From Psychrobacter sp. DM4 (GTDB lineage: Bacteria > Pseudomonadota > Gammaproteobacteria > Pseudomonadales > Moraxellaceae), in assembly GCF_051307035.1 (NCBI RefSeq), contig NZ_CP195536.1, forward strand, positions 1,950,001 through 1,982,000: 32,000 bases of DNA, read 5' to 3'. Position 1 is the stretch's first letter; every line of letters starts with the position of its first letter. Of the stretch, positions 26,890 to 32,000 are shown one piece after another. The notes beneath the pieces are model-generated. The model searched no databases and had not been told where the DNA came from. It was given only the letters and a program-made list of their open reading frames with translations. Made by a program: the position numbers and the translations under genes.

Positions 26890-27990
26890 ATGAGACATTT
26901 TTATTTAGATTTTATCTTCACCGCTATTGCTTTAGCGGTAGCCGCTTGGTGGGGATATTCACATGGCGGTATCGGCGGGCTAATCGCTACGCTATCGATT
27001 ACTGCTATTTTGGCCGTTATGGAGATCTCGTTATCCTTTGATAACGCGGTAGTCAACGCCTCGGTACTCAAAGGCTGGGATGACTTTTGGAAGATGATCT
27101 TCTTGACCATCGGTATTTTGATTGCTGTATTCGGTATGCGTCTGGTCTTCCCTATTGTCATCGTCGCGGTGACGGCTGATTTGGGTATGATGCAAGTTAT
27201 CGACTTGGCGTTGAACAATCCTGAAGAGTACTCTGCTCGCTTGATGGCGCACCATGCTGAGATTTCAGCCTTTGGTGGTATTTTCTTACTCCTTGTGTTC
27301 TTGAACTTTGTGTTCGATGACAAAGACGTACATTGGTTTAAATGGCTTGAGAGTCGCTTAGCGAAATTTGGCAAAGTGGATGCTATGAGCGTATTTATCG
27401 CTCTTATCGTCCTTATGATTGCCGTATCATTCGCTACTGACACACAAGCTGCAGCGGTACTAATCGCGGGTGTTTGGGGTATATTAGTTTATCTTGGCGT
27501 TCAAGTGGTCTCGGGAATGCTTGAGGGTGATCTTGAAGAGGAGCTAGACGAGCATGGCAATAGTACAGGTGCTGCAACCAGCGCTATCATGCGCGGTGGT
27601 ATCATAGGCTTCTTGTACCTAGAGGTGCTCGATGCTTCATTCAGTTTTGATGGGGTTATTGGCGCTTTTGCGATTACTAATGATGTTATCGTCATTATGC
27701 TAGGCCTAGCCATTGGTGCGATGTTCGTGCGTTCAATGACGATATTCTTGGTCGACAAAGGCACGCTTGATGAGTTCATCTATCTTGAGCATGGTGCTCA
27801 CTACGCTATCGGTGCGCTTGCTATTATTATGCTACTGTCCGTCAAGTTCCATGTACCAGAGCTGATTACTGGCCTTATTGGTATCGCCTTTATCGGTTTA
27901 GCACTGTGGGCATCGCTTAGATATCGTAAGGCAGAGGCGCTTCTCAATCCTTCTCACGATGCGGATCTAAAAACTAAGCAGCTTGATTAA
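26890..27990 (+). CDS. DUF475 domain-containing integral membrane protein (TerC superfamily)
   Basis: 366 aa from ATG 26890; the TTG at 26821 in the ORF track is unlikely. It is polytopic, and EISLSFDNAVVNASVLK plus FLTIGILIAVFGMRLVFPIVIVAV match my memory of DUF475/TerC-like proteins. Confidence 0.75.
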   Translation: MRHFYLDFIFTAIALAVAAWWGYSHGGIGGLIATLSITAILAVMEISLSFDNAVVNASVLKGWDDFWKMIFLTIGILIAVFGMRLVFPIVIVAVTADLGMMQVIDLALNNPEEYSARLMAHHAEISAFGGIFLLLVFLNFVFDDKDVHWFKWLESRLAKFGKVDAMSVFIALIVLMIAVSFATDTQAAAVLIAGVWGILVYLGVQVVSGMLEGDLEEELDEHGNSTGAATSAIMRGGIIGFLYLEVLDASFSFDGVIGAFAITNDVIVIMLGLAIGAMFVRSMTIFLVDKGTLDEFIYLEHGAHYAIGALAIIMLLSVKFHVPELITGLIGIAFIGLALWASLRYRKAEALLNPSHDADLKTKQLD

Positions 27991-28014
27991 TCAGTTTTAG
28001 TAAGTATTAATAAT

Positions 28015-28051
28015 AGGTTATATCATTGATGTTGATATAACCTATTTTTTT
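28015..28051 (+). terminator. Rho-independent terminator after the DUF475 gene
   Basis: Perfect 11-bp stem aggttatatca (28015-28025) / tgatataacct (28033-28043) with loop ttgatgt, followed by a-ttttttt. Confidence 0.85.
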
Positions 28052-28239
28052 GTCTATAAGTTGGCATTTGGACATTGATTAGTGCTCAAAGCTACGGGTA
28101 TAAAACGTAATTAAATTGCCAAATAGTATCGTTAAGTTGCAAGTATGGTGTGTCTTAGTAAACATACGACGTATAGTCAAAATTCGCCTTGCTTACTGAG
28201 CATGGGATTAGTATAGTAAAATGTAATTAGACACGGCTC

Positions 28240-28266
28240 ATAGCTTAGATAGCTTAGATAGCTTTG
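28240..28266. repeat. 9-bp tandem repeat x3 (atagcttag atagcttag atagctttg) upstream of terD paralog 2
   Basis: Read directly. The repeat ends where a -35 element would sit for the candidate extended -10 at 28282-28290. Confidence 0.9.
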
Positions 28267-28281
28267 TGGCTTAAACTATAC

Positions 28282-28290
28282 TGTTAGAAT
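28282..28290 (+). promoter_or_regulatory. Candidate extended -10 promoter element TGtTAGAAT for terD paralog 2
   Basis: The sequence tgttagaat lies about 75 nt upstream of ATG 28363. The -35 region is poor (tttgtg). This is pattern match only. Confidence 0.3.
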
Positions 28291-28362
28291 ATGAGTAGTA
28301 AAAGCTCATGTAGATAAAAGCATTCTATTTCACTTTTAATCAAAAAACCAAAGGACACTTTT

Positions 28363-28938
28363 ATGGCTATTAGCTTATCAAAAGGCGGCAACGTAAACTT
28401 ATCAAAAGAAGCACCGGGTCTGACGAACATCACTGTCGGTTTAGGCTGGGATCCACGTGCCACTGACGGTCAAGAATTTGACTTAGATGCTATTGGGTTC
28501 TTGGTCAATGAAGGCGGTAAAGTGCGTAACGATCAGGACTTTATCTTTTTTAATAATCTAAAATCAGACAATGGCGCGGTTGAGCATACCGGTGACAACC
28601 GTACGGGTGAAGGCGATGGCGATGATGAACAAATCAAAGTTAATCTAGCCAGTATTCCTGCTGATGTAAGCAAAGTTGCGCTATGTGCTATCATTTATGA
28701 AGGTCAAAGCCGCAACCAAAACTTTGGTCAAGTTGGCGAAGCTTATATCCGTGTCGTTAACGATAATGGTAATAGCGAGCTTGCTCGTTATGACCTATCA
28801 GAAGATGGTAGCACTGAGACGGCGATGATCTTTGGCGAGCTATATCGTCACAGCGGTGATTGGAAATTCCGTGCTGTAGGTCAAGGATTTAGCGGTGGCC
28901 TTGGACCATTAGCGTCTTCTTACGGCGTTAATGTCTAA
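28363..28938 (+). CDS. terD: TerD family stress/tellurium-resistance protein (paralog 2, TerD/TerE-like)
   Basis: 191 aa, aligning without gaps to paralog 1 and sharing roughly two-thirds of residues by eye. It has the same [13 protein letters not shown] and [16 protein letters not shown] motifs. Synonymous sites have diverged, so this is not a recent duplication. Confidence 0.92.
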   Translation: MAISLSKGGNVNLSKEAPGLTNITVGLGWDPRATDGQEFDLDAIGFLVNEGGKVRNDQDFIFFNNLKSDNGAVEHTGDNRTGEGDGDDEQIKVNLASIPADVSKVALCAIIYEGQSRNQNFGQVGEAYIRVVNDNGNSELARYDLSEDGSTETAMIFGELYRHSGDWKFRAVGQGFSGGLGPLASSYGVNV

Positions 28939-29097
28939 TCATAATGTCGAACCGGCGTTTTGAGTATTAGAGATACCCTATAAGCTATCAAGGACGTTCT
29001 TTACGTGTTTGGTAGCTTTAAAATTATTTAGAGTTTAATATTTATACTTTAGCTTTAAGGCATACATTAAAATTATCAGCATAAGGATTGGCAACTC

Positions 29098-29850
29098 ATG
29101 GCGGCGACATTCAGCTTAATCGGTACTATTGAACCCTTTTTACATTGCAACCTAAAAAAGGGCGATTCAATTTATTGTGAAGCCAATGCCATGGTGATGA
29201 TGGAGTCCAATCTTGAGTTAAAAGGCAAGTTGCAAGGCGGTCTGATGCAATCGCTTATGCGCCGTTTTGCCAATGACGAATCTCTATTTCAGCAGCAGAT
29301 TGAAGCGACGGGCGGCGAAGGCGATTGCCTGCTGGCCCCTACCCTTGACGGTGATATGCAGATCCTTGATGTCGGCGCGCAGCAATATACGCTCAGTGAT
29401 GGCGCTTTTGTCGCCGCACAAACAGGCGTCGATATCAGAGCCAATATTCAACGTAACCTTGGCGGCGCAGTATTCGGTGATACTGGCGGTTTTATGGTGA
29501 TGCAAACGCAAGGTCAAGGTCAAGTCGTCGTGTCAGGTTTTGGCTCTTTGTTTGAAATTGATGTCACACCGGACAAAGACGTCATCATCGATAATGGTCA
29601 TGTGGTCTGCTGGGACTCAAACCTTGAGTACAAACTCTCGGTCTCAACCAGCAAGAAAAAAGGCATCATGAGCAATATCATCAACTCGGTCACTAGTGGC
29701 GAGGGCATGGTACTTAACTTTTCAGGCTCCGGCAAAGTCATCATCTGCTCACGCAATCGTGACAGCTATCAGGGCTGGTTACAAAGTATCTTGGGTAGTA
29801 GCTCAGGTGGACGCGGCGGTAGTGGCGGTTTTTTAGATAATATTTTATAA
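29098..29850 (+). CDS. AIM24 / TIGR00266 family protein (formerly DUF124)
   Basis: 250 aa. The overall pattern (LKKGDSIYCEANAMVMM ... DGAFVAAQTGVDI ... GGFMVMQTQGQGQVVVSGFGSLFEIDV ... IIDNGHVVCWD ... SGEGMVLNFSGSGKVII) matches my memory of the family. The C-terminal tail is Gly-rich (GSSSGGRGGSGGFLDNIL). Confidence 0.75.
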   Translation: MAATFSLIGTIEPFLHCNLKKGDSIYCEANAMVMMESNLELKGKLQGGLMQSLMRRFANDESLFQQQIEATGGEGDCLLAPTLDGDMQILDVGAQQYTLSDGAFVAAQTGVDIRANIQRNLGGAVFGDTGGFMVMQTQGQGQVVVSGFGSLFEIDVTPDKDVIIDNGHVVCWDSNLEYKLSVSTSKKKGIMSNIINSVTSGEGMVLNFSGSGKVIICSRNRDSYQGWLQSILGSSSGGRGGSGGFLDNIL

Positions 29851-29911
29851 ACCAATTTTAAGATTGGGTTACTTACCACTTATCACTCACAACTAGTATA
29901 AGGATAATGAC

Positions 29912-30523
29912 ATGGCAGTTAGTCTACAAAAAGGTCAAAAGATCTCTCTAAGTAAAGAAGCAGGCGGCGAGCTTACCAAAGTGAAGCTAGGTCTAGGCTG
30001 GGATGTGTTTCAAGGCCCTCAGGACAAAAAAGGCGGCTTCTTAGGTAAGCTATTTGGCGGCGGCAATGGTGGCGGTGATTCTATCGATTTGGATGCGTCG
30101 TGCATCATGTTCGATAGCAACAAGCAAGCTGTGGATGCTATTTGGTTTAGTCAATTAAAATCAAAGGACGGCAGCATCGTACATACGGGTGATAACCGTA
30201 CAGGCGATGGCGACGGCGATGATGAAGTCATCAATGTCGATCTTGCTCGCGTACCAGCCAACGTGGTATCACTGGTATTTACAGTCAATAGCTTTACCGG
30301 TCAAACGTTTGAGACGGTAGAGAATGCTTTTTGCCGTATCGTAAACGCCAATAACAACTCTGAGGTGGCGCGTTACAACCTATCGTCACAGGGCACTCAT
30401 ACGGCGATGATCATGGCAAAGGTCTATCGCCACAATAATGAGTGGAAAATGCACGCGATTGGCGAAACAGCCTCTGGTCGCACCTTTCATGACTTGATGC
30501 CTGCTATTACGCCACATGCTTAG
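29912..30523 (+). CDS. terZ: TerD family protein, TerZ/TerX-like paralog
   Basis: 203 aa. It has the TerD core (GLGWD, IDLDAS, GDNRTGDGDGDDE, NAFCRIV, YRHNNEWKMHAIGE) plus the Gly-rich insert KKGGFLGKLFGGGNGGGDS and the FTVNSFTGQTF block that I recall as TerZ-specific. Confidence 0.85.
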   Translation: MAVSLQKGQKISLSKEAGGELTKVKLGLGWDVFQGPQDKKGGFLGKLFGGGNGGGDSIDLDASCIMFDSNKQAVDAIWFSQLKSKDGSIVHTGDNRTGDGDGDDEVINVDLARVPANVVSLVFTVNSFTGQTFETVENAFCRIVNANNNSEVARYNLSSQGTHTAMIMAKVYRHNNEWKMHAIGETASGRTFHDLMPAITPHA

Positions 30524-30563
30524 TATGATTTAAAGTTAAATATTTAGAGCTTATGCACCTTAC

Positions 30564-30600
30564 AAAAGACCGCCCGGCGTTAATCGTTGGGCGGTTTTTT
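30564..30600. terminator. Bidirectional rho-independent terminator between terZ-like (+) and terA-like (-)
   Basis: Stem accgccc (30569-30575) / gggcggt (30589-30595), with caaaag upstream and tttttgttt downstream. Confidence 0.8.
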
Positions 30601-30646
30601 GTTTGGACTGGCTTTTCATGCTACTGTTTTACTTATGCTAAAACAC

Positions 30647-31912
30647 TTATTTGCTACCCCGCTTCCAGCTAAAGCCCCAGTTAAAAGCTTTGTCCATCTC
30701 TTGATGACCTTTAAAGTATTGGTTGATACGCTCAACATTGATACTACCCTGCTGATTGACCAAACGGGCAATAGCACACATCGGCATATTACCTGCGCCC
30801 TCAGTCAGGCGGGTCTCGATTGGTGGCTGATCGGGTACATGAATAGTCACAACCCCATCCGTTTGTGCCCAATTTGGGGCGCCCTCATAGATGAATGCAA
30901 AGATGAATACCTCTTCGATTTGTGCCCACTGCTGACCGTTGATATCGAGCCACTCGCCGCCACTGACCTGACCGGTTCTATCATCAGCACGTAACAGAAC
31001 ATAAGGCGCCGTTTGCAAACTCCCAAAGCGATTGCCTAAGGCTTGAATCAACGTTTTCTCGCCATTTTTGAGGTGAATCATTGCGCCAACATCAAGGTCG
31101 ATACCACCTGCTTTATGTTGTTTAAATAGGTCACCCAGCAGTCCTTTTTTGGGTGCTTGCTTAGTGGCATCTGGACGCTGATTCCAGTTCAAATTGACCG
31201 ATATCTTGCCAAAATCATCGCGTTTTTTGAGATTAATACTAGATTGATTTTTGGTTAAGGTAATTTTACTTAGATTAATGGAAGGACTGGTAGAATTAGT
31301 AGGAATCGGTGGCGGCGTACTGGTTTGCGCGGCGCTACCTGCTTTTTGGGTGTTGATAGGCTTTTGAGTATTAATAGATTGGTTCTGGTTTTGATTCTGG
31401 GCAGGAGTATCATCGCTGATTTCGACACCGAAATGCTCAGACAAAGGTTTGAGACCCCCTTCAAACCCTTGAGCGATAAACCGAAATTTCCAGCTGCCCT
31501 GACGACGATAACACTCTGCTAAGATAATTGCTTTTTCGTTACGTCCGTTGGCACTTAGCTGACAAGTCATCAGTACTTGGCTACCTTGCAACACTTGAAT
31601 GTCGACATCACCAATCTGCGCCAAGGTTTGCGCGCTTGAGAATGCTAGAGCAATTTTATCGATGTTTGCAGGCTGCGCAGGCAGATCAATATCAAAGAAC
31701 CCATCGCTGTCATGACCTCGAAAGCTCACATGACCATCATCACTACGCGTCTGTCCATAAAATATCATATCACCATCACCGCGTACTTTGCCCTCGCTCG
31801 TTATACGGTAAGCGGCGCAATCGATCGCGTTTTGACTCAAAATACGGATGCTAATGTTGTCTGTTGGCAGTGGCGCATTGGCACCAGCAACGAGTGTTTG
31901 CGGTTGGCTCAT
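30647..31912 (-). CDS. terA: TerA-like protein with two TerD-fold domains joined by a low-complexity linker
   Basis: 421 aa. The N-terminal domain ends in YRRQGSWKFRFIAQGFEGGLKPLSEHFGVEI (TerD C-terminal signature). The C-terminal domain starts INLSKITLTKNQSSINL ... GIDLDVGAM ... DDRTG and ends KGHQEMDKAFNWGFSWKRGSK, as I recall for TerA. The + ORF 30587..30994 is an antisense artefact. Confidence 0.8.
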   Translation of the reverse strand: MSQPQTLVAGANAPLPTDNISIRILSQNAIDCAAYRITSEGKVRGDGDMIFYGQTRSDDGHVSFRGHDSDGFFDIDLPAQPANIDKIALAFSSAQTLAQIGDVDIQVLQGSQVLMTCQLSANGRNEKAIILAECYRRQGSWKFRFIAQGFEGGLKPLSEHFGVEISDDTPAQNQNQNQSINTQKPINTQKAGSAAQTSTPPPIPTNSTSPSINLSKITLTKNQSSINLKKRDDFGKISVNLNWNQRPDATKQAPKKGLLGDLFKQHKAGGIDLDVGAMIHLKNGEKTLIQALGNRFGSLQTAPYVLLRADDRTGQVSGGEWLDINGQQWAQIEEVFIFAFIYEGAPNWAQTDGVVTIHVPDQPPIETRLTEGAGNMPMCAIARLVNQQGSINVERINQYFKGHQEMDKAFNWGFSWKRGSK

Positions 31913-32000
31913 GATTTATCCTTGATGCGTGAGTATGATTTATTATGGTCTTATAGTAGCATGGATAAAGCTTAATTTTTAGCCAGCACTTGACGAGGAC

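Noticed and set aside
26901-27443. 180-aa minus-strand ORF antisense to the DUF475 gene
   Set aside because: It is the shadow of a polytopic membrane protein gene. It has no start context and no recognisable domain.
30587-30994. 135-aa + strand ORF overlapping the 3' part of terA
   Set aside because: It starts inside the bidirectional terminator and lies antisense to the conserved TerA C-terminal domain.
1-32000. Mobile elements, CRISPR arrays, prophage or integron features, tRNA/rRNA genes
   Set aside because: I looked on both strands. I saw no transposase, integrase or recombinase motifs, no long terminal inverted repeats, no regularly spaced repeat-spacer arrays and no GC-rich cloverleaf-like intergenic segments. 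Composition appears uniform by eye.

Overview
This looks like a chromosomal, mostly housekeeping segment of an AT-rich gammaproteobacterium. Protein sequences and gene order (comEC / DUF2062 / lolD-lolC, ccoNOQP plus ccoGH, rlmKL) resemble Moraxellaceae, probably Psychrobacter; that is judged from memory, no search was run. I support 28 CDSs. One of them, a CPBP protease at the left edge, is missing from the ORF track because it runs off the window. I also support several clear rho-independent terminators and four short tandem repeats. I found no rRNA, tRNA, CRISPR array, transposase, integrase or other mobile-element signature. The most system-like region is 25.9-31.9 kb. It holds a non-canonical Ter-type locus: TerD, a DUF475 (TerC-superfamily) membrane protein, a second TerD, an AIM24/TIGR00266 protein, a TerZ-like TerD paralog, and a convergent two-domain TerA-like gene. 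No TerB, canonical TerC, TerY or TelA is visible, and the DUF475 gene has an unusually long, structured leader. The individual families are known, but the function of this gene combination is not, so it is my best candidate for an under-described system. Secondary observations: in-frame and leader tandem repeats in and upstream of comEC; a ComEC C-terminal domain that appears to have lost its metal-binding histidines; a (GACACT)6 repeat encoding (DT)6 at the QueC N-terminus; a Bcp peroxiredoxin lacking the +5 resolving Cys, paired with an Lpd-like flavoprotein; two orphan ORFs; and two long ORF-free spacers around the cbb3 oxidase genes. All family assignments rest on motifs read by eye and need HMM or BLAST confirmation.
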